Source of the DNA: Centroscyllium fabricii
Taxonomy: Eukaryota
Length of the DNA: 64,000 bases
Direction: 5' to 3'
NCBI GenBank assembly: GCA_051313645.2
Contig: JBNRSN020000012.1
Span: 30,132,001 to 30,196,000 of the forward strand
Both the position numbers and the translations under genes were made by a program. Below, piece after piece: positions 1 through 11,946 of this stretch. Each line of letters opens with the position of its first letter. Positions within the stretch are counted from its first letter, which is position 1. The notes under the pieces were generated by a model. It was not told where the DNA came from. It made no database searches and was given only the letters and a program-made list of their open reading frames with translations.

Positions 1-631
1 CTTTGCAGATATTTGTCTGTGGTCTTTCAGCTTTTAAATGGGTAGGGTTTTTTTTTTGTTGGTGAAAGTGAAAAAAAAACGGGTTTTTAACGCGATGTCA
101 GCAGCTCTGGTGGCCATCACAGCTGCTTAATTCGTGTTAAAAACCCATTTTTTTTTCACTTTCACCAACAAAAAAAACCCTACCCATTTAAAAGCTGAAA
201 GACCACAGACAAATATCTGCAAAGGAATCCAAAAAAAACTTACCTTTAAACGTGTTTTTTTCACTTCCACCAAAAAAAAACCCTAGCAGAAAAGGCAGAA
301 ACTTAAAAAAAACAAGGTGCTTCCTAGAAACTTTTAAAAAAAGGTGCTTCCTAGAAACTTAAAAATAACAAGGTGCTTCCTATCCGATATCCTTTGCCCT
401 GAGGCCGATTCTGTGCTTTGTGCGGGGGGAAAGCCGACCTCAGTGGGCGTGGTCTGCTCACAACCTACGCACAAAGCACTACGCACCAAAAAAAAACAGA
501 CCCCTACGCAGCAAAAAAAACGGCATTTTCCACAGGAAATTGCCGTCAGAAAAAAAAAAATTACGTGCGCGTGCGCCGCGGGTGCACGTGAGCGCGCACC
601 CGCAGCAATCGGGCCACAGGAAAACATGGCC
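1..631. mobile_element. Harbinger-type MITE with long internal hairpin (5' end outside window)
   Basis: Bases 1-224 form a near-perfect palindrome; right end CACAGGAAAACATGGCC; same family as the complete copy at 39062-39816. Confidence 0.75.
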
Positions 632-1394
632 TATTGTGCTGCATGTTTCTGTGCACTTTCTCCACTCCCATCAATACCCACCTTTAGCGCTGGATGTTTA
701 AAACATGTAAATACTCAGCACATTGTCCAAATAAAGTTCAGCGATGTGTTGTTGGGGTCGATAGAAATCAACAGGCTCTGAGATTTTTGTTTCAGCAAAG
801 GCAAAACGTGTCTTACTTTAATCACTCTCCACGAGATCTGAAGGGCTCAGCCCCGTGCAGGGGCTATGATGTCATCACGCAACCGACGTCATGACATCAT
901 CATGCTACCGACGCTCTTAAAGGGGCCCTGCACCGATAACCCAACCCAGAATGTACATATCACAACATTGCTATACATAGTGAATTGTGTTTAGGTACAT
1001 ATAACAGCATTGTCTATACATTGTGTTATTGTCCCTATGTGGTCTCCGCCACAGTGTCAATGTTATCTGCAGTGATTTGCCACAATGGCTTCCCTTTTGT
1101 TTTTGACATGTGATGCCTAAGCTACAACTTCCTCCAAGTGATTCCCTTATAGAAGGAACACATGTGCTTCGCTAGCTACAGAATCTGACTGACCACCTGC
1201 TGGGTCTCTGGTGGGCTTGGGCCACCTTGCACGTGAATTGCCGCGGGTCTGCGTCTGAATCAGCTACTTCTGGTGCTGTTGTGGCTGCCCAGTTCTACTC
1301 ACTTCCTGGCACGTCTAAGGCCACTGCCCTGACAGACAGCTGTGTTATCTCTTCCGACTGCAGATATGATCCCGCAGTTGAATGCTCACTCAGT

Positions 1395-2347
1395 GGGCAG
1401 GATTTTCATTGGGCCATGGAGGTGGGATTGGGGGCGTGTGGGGGGTTAAAATCCTGAAATCGGGGGGCATGTACTTTACTGTATGCAATTGTATGTAATT
1501 TATTTGCACTACTCTCAGGAGCGGCGAGTCTTCGTTTCGTTGTATTGTACTAGTACTCTGCAATGACAATAAAACTTGAATTGAATTGAAGAAAGGAATT
1601 GAACGAACCTATCCCGCCCCCAACCCGCCTTCACGCCAGTTTCAAAGGAGGCGGGTACCTGACCCGCACTGGGACCCACCTCCCCGAGGCGGGAAGGGGA
1701 TTCATGCCAATTAACTGCCTGTTAACAGGTAGGTTTTAGCCTAATCGCTATTTTCATTGTTGAAATGTGGGATTCCCGACAGCGCCAAACCACGCCAAGT
1801 TAGCGAGGCAGGCTGTCAGGATGAAGGGCTTGGACGGTTCGAGATGTCCGGTGTTCAGGTGAGTGATGGGTGCATGAGTGTAGAGTTAAGTGTGTTTGGT
1901 GTGTGTAAAGTGTTTGAAGAAGTTCTACTAACCTTTACAGCCTTCCTTCCTTCAGGTCTCGGGAGTCCCTCATCTCACCGGCACAGAAAGCAGAATGGCC
2001 GCGAACTGTCAAAAGTTGCAGCATTCAGCTTTCTGTTCCGGGGAGATCTCTAAATCATCCTGAGAGGAAGGAATTAACCTAGAGTACAGATTGTCAGTGT
2101 TTGACAGCTTCAAACAGCATTCAAACACTAATTTCATCTGTCAAAAGCGCTTGACAGATGAAATGTCAATCTGTAATGTCACCTGTTGCCGGGTGGCCCT
2201 TGATTGGCCTGCTGAGCCCGCTGGGCGTCTCAACAAGGTCAATCAAGTCAAAATTGCGTGGGTTGGCTGGAACTCGATGGAGGCGGGGCTACAACCCTGA
2301 AAGTTGTAGTCCCGCCTCCTACCCACCTCCTCAATGAAAATCCAGTA
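1395..2347. mobile_element. Harbinger-type MITE, interrupted by a Rex1-type 3' tail (~1470-1590)
   Basis: Termini GGGCAGGATTTTCATT / AATGAAAATCCAG; body similar to 53023-53832; the insert ends CAATGACAATAAAAC(TTGAA)n like 59326-59362. Confidence 0.6.
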
Positions 2348-2489
2348 TGTCCATTGACCTGTGTGAGAGCTGAACTGCTACAGCGAATGAGGATCTGTGC
2401 TGGATCTTGGGCTAAGAGTTGTCAGACCTTCAGAACACAACACCACTTCTCAGTGTGTCTATTATTCTGCACTCTCTGGATTCCTAGGT

Positions 2490-2890
2490 TTAAAGTTTTT
2501 TTTTCTCCCAACTACAAAAACTTCTATTCATATAGCGCATTTAACGTCATTAAAACGTCCCAAGGCACTTCACTGGAGCATTATCAGACAAATTTAACAC
2601 CGAGCCACATAAGGAGATATTAGAACTTGTGACCAAAAGCTTGGTCAAAGAGGCGGGTTTTAAGGAGCAACTTAAAGGAGGAGAGAGAGGTAGCGAGGTG
2701 GAGAGGTTTAGGGAGGGTTTTCCAGAGCTTAGGGACTTGGCAGCTGAAGGCACGGCCACCAATGGTGAGGCGATGAAAATCAGAGAAGTGCAAGAGGGCA
2801 GAACTGGCGGAACGCAGAGATCTCGGAAGGTTGTACGGCTGGAGGAGGTTACAGAGATAGGGAGGTGCCGAAGTCACGGAGCAACCCAAA
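2490..2890 (-). mobile_element. L2 LINE 3' fragment
   Basis: Minus-strand PPYLCNLLQPY..RSLRS..IGGRAFS..PKLWKTLP..SFKLLLKTRLF is the typical L2 ORF2 C-terminus, followed by 3' UTR. Confidence 0.8.
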
Positions 2891-2899
2891 CACAAGGAT

Positions 2900-3475
2900 G
2901 AGAACTCCTGACTCCCCAAAGCCTTTCCACCATCTACAAGGTACAAGTCAGGAGTGTGATGGAATGCTCTCCACTTGCCTGGATGAGTGCAGCTCCAACA
3001 ACACTCAAGAAGCTCGACACCATTCAGGATAAAGCAGGCCGCTTGATTGGCACTCCATCCACCACCTTCAACATTCACTCCCTCCACCACCGGCGCACTG
3101 TGGCTGCAGTGTGTACCATCTACAAGATGCACTGCAGCAACTCGCCAAAGCTCCTTCAACAGCACCTTCCAAACCCGCGACCTCTACCACTTAGAAGGAC
3201 AAGGGCAGCAGATGCATGGGAACAGCACCACCTACAAGTTCCCCTCCAAGCCACACACCATCCTGACTTGGACCTGTATCGTCGCTCCTTCACTGTCGCT
3301 GGGCCAAAATCCTGGAACTCCCTTCCTAACAACATTGTGGGTGTACCTACACCATATGGACTGCAGCGGTTCAAGAAGGCAGCTCACCACCATCTTCTCA
3401 AGGGCAATTAGGGATGGGCGCTAAATGCAGGCCTAGCCAGCCAGCGACGCCCATATCCCATCAATGGATAAAATT
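2900..3475 (+). mobile_element. CR1-group LINE 3' fragment (RT C-terminus + 3' UTR)
   Basis: ORF 2956-3411 SPLAWMSAAPTTLKKLDTIQDKA..SWNSLP; same family as 11947-13480 and the short fragments at 9380, 40905 and 60460. Confidence 0.8.
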
Positions 3476-3656
3476 AATTTAAAATCGAGGCACTGCTGGA
3501 TGTCGGCATCACTGGCAAAGCCAGCATTTATTGCCCATCACCAGTTGCATTGAGAAAGTGGTGATGGGCCTTCTTCTTGAACGCTATTAGGTAGCGAGTT
3601 GCAGGATTTTGACACAGCCACGAGTATTACGTTTAATTACCATAAACAAATGCACA

Positions 3657-4530
3657 TGTGGTAACCGTATTACCAGTGTATATATTGATGTGCTCACCAG
3701 TGTATATATGGATAACATAGAACATAGAACATACAGCACTGTACAGGCCCTTGGGCCCTCAATGTAGTGCCGCCCTTAGTCCATCTCTGATTTTTCCCTT
3801 CCCCCCTACTGTTCCTTCCCCTCCATGTACCTGTCTATCATCCTTTTAAAAGCACCCAGACTGTCCGCATCCACTATTTCAAATGGTAGCCTATTCCATT
3901 CCCCTACCACTCTCTGTGTAAAGAACCTGCCCCTGCCATCCCTTCTGAATCTTCCTCCTTGAATCTTGTGCTCGTGTCCTCTTGTTGACGTTCTTCCCGC
4001 CCGGGGAAACAGTCTTTGCACGTTTACTCTATCGATCCCCTTCATCATTTTAAACATCTCTATCAAGTCCCCTCTCTTCCTTCTCCGTTCCAGGGAGAAG
4101 AGTCCCAGCTCCCTCAACCTCTCCTCGTATGACCTTCCTCCCATTCCCGGCAGCATCCTGGTGAATCTCCTCTGCACCCTCTCCAGCGCCTCCACATCTC
4201 TCCTGTAGTACGGTGCCCAGAACTGCACACAGTACTCCAAGTGTGGTCTCACCAGTGACCTGTACAGCTGTAGCATGACCTCCCGGTTCCTAAACTCTAT
4301 TCCCCTGTTGATGAAGGCCAATACCCCATAGGCCTTTTTCACGTCCTCACCTTTGACAGGTCAGCCACACCTCTAACTCCTCCCCTCAGGTGGGAGCATA
4401 TTAGTGAGGGCCGCCCTGCCCCCACTCATTCTCGCCTTGAACTCGACAGGAGACTAGCTCCATTGTAAGTGAATAAAAGCCTGTAGTTTGGGTAACTACT
4501 CGCCTTTCGTGTTTGATTGACGATATGTCA
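3657..4530 (+). mobile_element. Solo LTR (Gypsy, related to the Mag-like LTRs) interrupted by a CR1 fragment
   Basis: TGTGGTAACC...ATGTCA termini, 5-bp TSD GCACA, AATAAAAGCC..AACTACTCG motif shared with the LTR at 13733. Confidence 0.85.
3715..4340 (-). mobile_element. Young CR1 LINE 3' fragment
   Basis: ORF 3806-4342 LVRPHLEYCVQFWAP..LFSLERRRKRGDLIE; (TTCTATG)n tail; nearly identical to 57929-58474. Confidence 0.9.
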
Positions 4531-4881
4531 GCACATAAATACTTCACGCGATGTCCAAATAAAGTGTAATGATGCTTGAACGTTGTTAGTGTGATTGGCC
4601 ACAATGACGCCCCTTTGTGTTTCTAGTTTGTTTGTGACATGAGATGCCTAACCTTCTACTCAGGCAAGGATTTTTAAAGGTAATTGTATGGCAATACGCA
4701 CAACGGAGTTTAACGTGATTCTACAGACATAAAGATAGAAATTATAGTCTGTACACCTGCTGAACACACTCAGACCAAGTTCCTCCTTGCAGTTTTAATG
4801 CGAAAGTAGGTAACTAGTTAATGGTTTGCTACACTGAAGAAAATGATAGAAAGAGATTCGGACTCCTTTAAATGTTTCATG

Positions 4882-5624
4882 GGCCCAGAAATTCGGGTCG
4901 GAGGCTTCCCGCGATTGCAAGCCTCCAACCCGCGCTTACCAACCTGTGCCCCCGCATGGAATCCCGATGCGGGGCCTTTCTGAAGTGCCGGCACGCCGTG
5001 CTCCCGGATCCGAGCGGCACAGTTAGTGCGAGGCTTCGCACGGGATCACGTGGGCCACAGAGAGCCAATTAGAGCACAGAATGCTCCATTCGTAAGTTTG
5101 ACAGGAAGACCCGTCAAACCTATGAATACCACAACCCCAAAACCTCAGTAAATCTTAAAATAAATTTAAAAAAACATCGCATTTTTTTAAATAACTATCA
5201 ATTACATAAATTAGCCAATTTAAACAAAAATTAAAAAAATTGAAAAAAAGTAAATAAAGTATTTAACAGGGCTAAAAATCAACTTACCTTTCTTTAAAGT
5301 ATTTAAAAATGAAAAACCTGTGGAATTTTTTTTTTTAAATTGAATTAGTTCACACTTACCTGCTGAAAAGGAGACTTTGCGCTTGAAAATAGCAGACGTA
5401 ACTTTTTCCAATACTTACCCGGATAAAGACCTGTTAAAAAAATCGCAAGTGCATTGCGCATGCGCTGCCGCACACGCGCATGCGTTCCGACACCTGACCC
5501 CTTCTTTCAGGGGATCGGAAGGGCTGGTTTCACGCACAAGCATGCGCGGTGCATGCACGAAACCGGCACTTCAGATGGGCCTACGGGTGAGTACCCAGCG
5601 CGGGGCCATCGGAATTTCTGGGCC
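4882..5624. mobile_element. MITE with GGCCCAGAAATTC termini (family B)
   Basis: TIR GGCCCAGAAATTC / GAATTTCTGGGCC; inverted partial copy at 63787-64000. Confidence 0.75.
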
Positions 5625-6064
5625 ATTATCTATTCTTGGGATGTGGGCATCACTGGTAAGGCCAACATTTAATGGCCATTCCTAGTTGCCTTTGAGAATG
5701 TGTTGCAGTTTTTGATACAACTGAGTGGCTTGATAGGCCACCTCAGAGGGCAGTTAAAGGTCAACCACGTTCATGTGCGACTGGAGTCACATATAGGCCA
5801 CACCAGGTAAGGACGACAGGTTTCCTTGCCTAGAGGACATCTTTGAACCAGTTGGGTTTTTACGACAACCAGTTTGCTTCATGGTCACTTTTACTGATAG
5901 CAGCTTTACATTTCCAGATTTAAAAAAACAACCTGAATTCCAATTCTCATCCTGCCATGGTGGGACTTGAAGTCACGTTCTTGCTGGATTATTAGTCCAG
6001 GTCTACTGAGATTACTAGTCCAGCAACATATCCACTATGCTACTTTACCCATGGAAGCACTATG

Positions 6065-7491
6065 GGGTAGTTTGAAGAGTGCCTGAACACCAGGACCTCA
6101 AACCCAGCACCAAGCTCATGGTCTACAGAACAGTAGTGATACCCGCCCTCCTGTATGCTTCAGAGACATTGACCATGTACAGCAGGCACGCTCGATCAGC
6201 GCCGATGGACGGGCCACATTGCCCGCATACCTGATATGAGACTCCCAAAACAAGCTCCGACACGGCAAGAGAGCCCTAGGTGGGCAGAGGAAATGCTTCA
6301 AGTACACCCTCAAAGCCTTCTTGAAAAAGTGCAACATCCCCACCGACACCTGGGAATTCCTGGCCCAAGACCGCACAAAGTGGAGGAGAAGCATTCGGGA
6401 AGGCAGCGAACACCTCGAGTGTCTTCGGCAGGAGCAAGAGGAAGCCAACTGCAAACAGCGAAAGGAGCGCAAGTCAACCCAAGCACCCCACCCACCGTCT
6501 GCCCCACCTGTGACAGAGACTATGGGGGCAATTTTCGGGGCACCGCCAGGCGGGTTTTTGTGCGGGCCTGTAGGGAAAATAACTAAAACGGAGGTCCGCG
6601 ACCCCTCCCGCCGACTTCCATCCCGCTTGTCAGTTTCACCCGGCGGGTCCGATCAGCCCACCTCAATCACACCTTACATCAGCGGTGATGGTCGTTAGGC
6701 TCATTAGGGGCCCTTAATTGGCATTGGTAATGCCATTTTAAGGGCCTCTTGTTATTTTGAGCCTCTGCCCACCCAAAACCCACCTGGTTTGAACACTGCA
6801 TAGAAGCACCTGCTGTTGAATGGCTTGCTGGCCTCCAACATGCTGGAGGTCCACCTGCCTCCCTAGGGTGCCCAAGAATAGTGGCCAAAGACCTTTAAAT
6901 CACTTACCTGCCAGGTCCATCTCAATGGTTCACAGAAGATGCACTGCGTTGCTGTCAGGAGCCTGCTGTGAATCAAAGCACTCAGATCTGTCAATTATCC
7001 ATTGGGTGTTAGTTTCTGTTTGCATAAGTTGTTCTCTTTGAAACGACTGAAACCACAAACAAACAGATCGACTATTTACAGCTGTCACTCACCGAGTTGC
7101 GGTTACACTCTGTTTACATTCCATTGTGATGTCATAATGGCCTGAAACCACAGAAAGAAAAACAGCAGGCCACTTACATATGCCACTCACCACCTCTGCT
7201 GCTTACACAGGGGAAAGCCCGCCCTCTTTCTGTGTAAAATGAATCAATTGCCAGGGGCTTCCCACACTCGGGGACTTAATTGGCCAATTAAGCCAAAATT
7301 GCATGGGGCTTCCACACCCTTCAGAAAGCGGGTAGATAGAGTGATCAGCAGGGAAGCCACTCATTTCCCACACCTTCAGAAAAATTGACCCCTGTAGGTC
7401 CCGCATTGGACTCATCGGTCACCTGAGAACTCATTTTTAGTGTGGAAGCAAGCCATCCTCAGTTCTGAGGGACTGCCTAAGAAGAAGAAGA
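6065..7491 (+). mobile_element. RTE-clade LINE 3' fragment, split by a MITE
   Basis: KLMVYRTVVIPALLYASE..RLPKQ..LKKCNIPTDTWE..CPTCDR, resuming after the MITE with SRIGLIGHLRTH; (AAG)n tail. Confidence 0.8.
6524..7392. mobile_element. Harbinger-type MITE
   Basis: TIR GGGG(G/T)CAATTTT; 3-bp flanks TAT/TGT; related inverted copy at 62266-63083. Confidence 0.75.
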
Positions 7492-7495
7492 CTAT

Positions 7496-7689
7496 GGGCT
7501 AGAAATTTGGCTTGGGCATTGGTGCAAAATGGACGGTATAGGCACGGCCCACCTGTTATACGCCCCGCCTGATATTCAGTTCTGTTGAAGTCAATGGGTC
7601 TGAGCATTGTGCGGGTGGTATAACAGGTGGTGGATACCATATACGATACCACCTGTCCTGCACTACCACCCAAAATGAATTTCTACCCC
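7496..7689. mobile_element. Short Harbinger-type MITE
   Basis: GGGCTAGAAATT...AATTTCTACCCC termini, flanks TAT/AAT. Confidence 0.55.
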
Positions 7690-7899
7690 AATGAACATTA
7701 ATCAGAAATACAAAGATTATTGAAACATCATAAATTTTTCAACCGTTTTTAAATGACCTTGAAGTTTCTGTACAGAGCTTAACTTTTTCAATCTCGAATG
7801 TAAAAATTAGTATTTAGATTTATATATTTAACATATGAAGTTTAAAATATGAATCTGTATACTTAAAAATAAATGAGTTAATGCCTGCTTAATACAGTC

Positions 7900-8092
7900 C
7901 CAGGTTATAGTCCAACAGTTTTATTTAAAATCACAAGCTTTCGGAGCGCAGCTCCTTCATCAGGTGCATGCACCTGACGAAGGAGCAGCGCTCCGAAAGC
8001 TTGATTTCAAATAAAACTGTTGGACTATAACCTGGTGTTGTGTGACTTCTTACAATTGTCCACCCCAGTCCAACACCGGCACCTCCACATCA
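7900..8092. mobile_element. Penelope-derived inverted pLTR insertion carrying two hammerhead ribozyme cores
   Basis: Palindrome 7900-8035; CTGACGA..GAAAGCTT on + (7974-8002) and CTGATGA..GAAAGCTT on - (7935-7963); flanking duplication TGCTTAATAC(A/G)G. Confidence 0.75.
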
Positions 8093-8414
8093 TGCTTAAT
8101 ACGGCACAGAGCGGAATTTGGTATAAATATATTAAGCATTTGAATGAGAATCAATCATCATTTATGCCCTAAATGGTCAGCAAGTCTAAAGATGTTTACA
8201 TGGGAATGCTGAAAAGGACTTGAAGTTTTTCTGTTATGGTAAAGGCGATGGTAAGGAGATACATGCAAAGGAAAATTGGACACGCTCCCCGATGGGCATT
8301 AATCCTCCCTACCTGATTTTCCTGTATTCACTATGCCCGGGTACAGGAACAGCATGAACTACCCCAAACTGCACAGCAATCTTGCATCACTTATCTGATT
8401 AGAATTGGTCTGCA

Positions 8415-8805
8415 CGGTGGACTGGGTGCCCCAGTGGGTTAGATCAGTGCTCCTTGTGACGTATTGTCAATATCTCTTAATAAAAGACTGGACGAGTAGT
8501 TACTGTAACTATAGGCTTTTAATAACTTACTTTGGAGCTACCCTCCGAACGAACATCAGAACAGAATGAGGGAGCCTCGGTCAGTCCTCACCTATAAAGG
8601 CCTCACCTGGGGGAGGAGTTAGAGGTGTGCATGACCTGGCTCCACGACAGTATTACAGGCTGTGTATCACACACAGCCAATTGTTGGCAACAATAATGCA
8701 GTGGTAAATATACATAATATGGGTTACCACACCTTGCACTCTGGAATCTGATTTAAATCCATTCCGCACTGGTGGCATCAAAGTTTGCTCTCGCTGTTGG
8801 GTGTA
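8415..8805 (+). mobile_element. Degraded ancient tRNA-SINE (LF-SINE-like) hosting the nested cluster; continues at 9205-9233 and 21474-21490
   Basis: A-box-like start; rejoined TACATGGAGTGAGTTCTGACAGTCTCAGCCTAGTTTCT resembles the LF-SINE core as I recall it (inference). Confidence 0.35.
8457..8731 (-). mobile_element. Solo LTR (same family as 3657-4530)
   Basis: Minus-strand TGTGGTAACCC...CGTCA; 5-bp TSD CCTTG; shared CACACCTCTAACTCCTCCCC motif. Confidence 0.85.
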
Positions 8806-8807
8806 AG

Positions 8808-9203
8808 GGTGGCATAGTGGTTAGCACTGTTGCCTTACAGCACTAGAGACCCGGGTTCAAATCCGGCCTCGGGTGACTATCTGTGTGGAGTTTGCACATT
8901 CTCCCCGTGTCTGCGTGGGTTTCCTCCGGGTGCTCCGGTTTCCTCCCACAGTCCAAAAATGTGCGGGTTAGGTTGATTGGCCAGGATAAATTGACCCTTA
9001 GTGTTAGGGGGATTGAATATGTGGGGTTACGGGGATAGGGTGGGATATGTGTCATTGCAAGCTCAATAGGGATCGAGGGATATGGGGAGAAGGCAGGGGC
9101 CGGGTACTGGGTTTGGATGATCAGCCATGATCTCATTGAATGGCGGAGCAGGCTCGAAGGGCCGAATGGCCTACTCCTGCTCCTATTTTCTATGTTTCTA
9201 TGT
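8808..9203 (+). mobile_element. HE1-type V-SINE
   Basis: tRNA-like A/B boxes (TGGCATAGTGG, GGTTCAAATCC), V-domain, HER1-type tail ending (TTTCTATG)n. Confidence 0.85.
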
Positions 9204-9379
9204 TTACATGGAGTGAGTTCTGACAGTCTCTGCGAGGGTTGCCAGCCCTCCAAGATTGGCTTGGAGCCTCCAGGAATTAAAGTCCAATCTCCAGGACACT
9301 GCTGCGAGCAACCTGGAAGAAATATCATAGGGCCACTACAACATTGTGGAGGCTTTTTAAATTTCTTGTGTTTTTTTTA

Positions 9380-9655
9380 ATCCATTGATGGGATGTGGGC
9401 ATCGCTGGCTGGCTAGGCCTGCATTTAGTGCCCATCCCTAATTGCCCTTGAGAAGATGGTGGTGAGCTGTCTTCTTGAACCGCTGCAGTCCATATGGTGA
9501 AGGTACACCCACAATGTTGTTAGGAAGGGAGTTCCAGGATTTTGGCCGAATGACAGTGAAGGAGCGGCGATACAGGTCCAGGTCAGGATGGTTTGTGGCT
9601 TGGAGGGGAACTTGTAGGTGGTGCTGTTCCTATGCGTCTGCTGCGCTTGTCCTAT
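9380..9655 (-). mobile_element. CR1-group LINE 3' fragment
   Basis: Reverse complement of ~3195-3470. Confidence 0.8.
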
Positions 9656-10031
9656 GTGCTAGTTCTAAAAATATTGGACATGGAGGGGGGGGAAAGGTTG
9701 TTTGCTTGACAGTTAAGTATAATCCAATCGGGTAACGAAGGCTGAATCTTTACCTTGGAGTCAGGTTGTGTGCGTGCGGAGCGTGTAGCGGGTCGGGAAC
9801 GCGATGTTCTGAACAGCGCGTTGTTCAGAGTGACTTCAACTTAATGGCCCCAATTGGAAAAACTCCTGCGCGTTTACTGGCCCAATTAAATGGAGTGGGT
9901 CTGCTGACGTCATTATGACTCGTCTCCAGCGCTAATATTTAAGGCAGTCCTGCACTCATCTCATTTGAAGGTTGCTAGAGGAGGGTGGAACCTGACGTAC
10001 TGAGCCTGAGTCCTGTTAGAAAGCAGCAAGG

Positions 10032-11935
10032 ATGGACAGCCAAAGGCAGAGGGCTGCCCCACACTTTTCAGACGCTTCCTTGCATACACTGGTGGGGGCA
10101 CGCAGGGAGGTCCACTTTCCTGTTGATAGGCAAAGGAGACCTCCCAAAGAAACCAAAAGAGCCTGGCTGGATATAGCGGAGGAGTTCAGCAGCAGCACGG
10201 GTGGGATGAGGAGGACCTGGATCCAGTGCAGGAAATGATTCAATGATCTCATGAGGTCAGGAAAGTTGAGAGCAATGCCACACTCACCTTCATCCTGATG
10301 CGCCTGTCAATTCAATTCAATTTGATTCAAATTGCTTTATTGGCATGACAAGATACATCCTATGTTGCCTGTCACAATATCCCCATCACTCTGCCTTCCC
10401 AAGCCTACTCCTGCACATCATTCCTCACACCAACATACCTTGCATGTCCACCCATCCCTCTCCCTCTATGTACACAAAAAAAAAATGCCCATGAGTATGT
10501 GTGTGAGATATAGTTCTCAGAGTTAGGCGGCACGGTGGCACAGTGGTTAGCACTGTTGTCTCACAGCACTGGAGACCCGGGTTCAAATCCGGCCTCGGGT
10601 GACTATCTGTGTGGAGTTTGCACATTCTCCCCGTGTCTGCGTGGGTTTCCTCCGGGTGCTCCGGTTTCCTCCCACAGTCCAAAGATGTGCGGGTTAGGTT
10701 GATTGGCCAGGATAAATTGACCCTTAGTGTTAGGGGGATTAAATATGTGGGGTTACGGGGATAGGGTGGGATATGTGTCGATGCAGGCTTAATAGGGATT
10801 GAGGGATATGGGGAGAGGGCAGGGGCGGAGTACTGGGTTAGGATGATCAGCCATGATCTCATTGAATGGCGGAGCAGGCTCGAAGGGCCGAATGGCCTAC
10901 TCCTGCTCCTATCTTCTGTGTTTCTGTGTTTACATACTCACATCGCCATCTGACTAACCGGCCCTGAAAGTCACCCTCATCCTAATGCAATCAGAGCAAG
11001 TAACACCACATTTGGCATTGGCAGCCCACTCTCTCATAGTCACCTTCTACAGATGTATCCCATCCATTCCTTACACTCATTCCATCACTCTCACTTCTCT
11101 ATTTTCCCTCCTTGCAGGATAAAAGACCCCAGAACACGCTGGAGAGACAGAGAGACAGGTGGCCCTCCAGCCTTCACCCAACTAACAGCAGCAGAGGAGG
11201 GGGCTCTGGAGATCTCAGGAGTTGGAGAGTTGCTGGCGGTGGGAGACAGAGAGAGGGGGACATCCCAGCAACCTGGTGACAGAATCAAATCTCATAAAGC
11301 CACATGGCATAAAGCAGTCACTCATATGGTGACTGATGTCAGCAGCCAGTGAAATGCTATCATGTGCAAAATGGTAATGTTACATTCTTATTATAACACT
11401 TCTAGCTCATCTCTTTACCCTCCCACAAGTCCATCAAGTGCCCCCCCCTTCTGTCCAGCCAGAGGAGGAATACGACTCCTCAGAGGAGCCTCCAGCCTCT
11501 GAGGATGCACCATCAGCAGACCGTAGCGCACCCAGCACCAGCGCAGATACGCACACCTCACTGGGTCCTGTGCACCATAGAGTAGGGTTGTCACCTGGTG
11601 TCTCACAATTCACAAGTGAGCAAGAGCAGGTGGTGTTGACAGGGACAGCAGCGGAGGCTCCTCGCCGGAGGGTGTAGGACGCTCCAAGCTCGGCTGAGCT
11701 GCATGCAGACGTTGAGCCTTGGGGTCCATCAAGAAAGAGGGCGATCTTGGAGGGGCTGCAACAATTGCTTGAGGCTCTGGCATCTTTTGCAGCTGCAATG
11801 TCCGCAAATGTGCAGAGAATGGAGGAGTCCATCTCCAACATGAGCACCACCATGTCGCAGGCGATGGCGACGATGTGCTGCTCCATGGAAAGGATGACCA
11901 CCTACATGGAGCAGCAAATGCGCCAGTCACATGAG
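10032..11935 (+). pseudogene. Harbinger Myb/SANT-like DNA-binding protein (multi-exon, disrupted)
   Basis: MDSQRQRAAPHFSDASL..RAWLDIAEE..RTWIQCRK*FNDL; acceptor TTGCAG ending at 11118; acidic and helical downstream exons; in-frame stop and frameshifts. Confidence 0.75.
10525..10930 (+). mobile_element. HE1-type V-SINE in the Harbinger Myb intron
   Basis: Near-identical to 8808-9203. Confidence 0.85.
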
Positions 11936-11946
11936 CACAAGCTAGC

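Noticed and set aside
334-781. 97-145 aa ORFs at the window start (and 39420-39932)
   Set aside because: They lie within a non-coding MITE; frames are not conserved between the two copies
8808-8880. tRNA genes at SINE heads (also 10525, 41150, 46773, 61380)
   Set aside because: A/B boxes run straight into SINE bodies; no complete cloverleaf
8843-9328. Recurrent ORFs such as MRSWLIIQTQYP.. and MISHDLIEW..
   Set aside because: Translations of HE1 SINE copies
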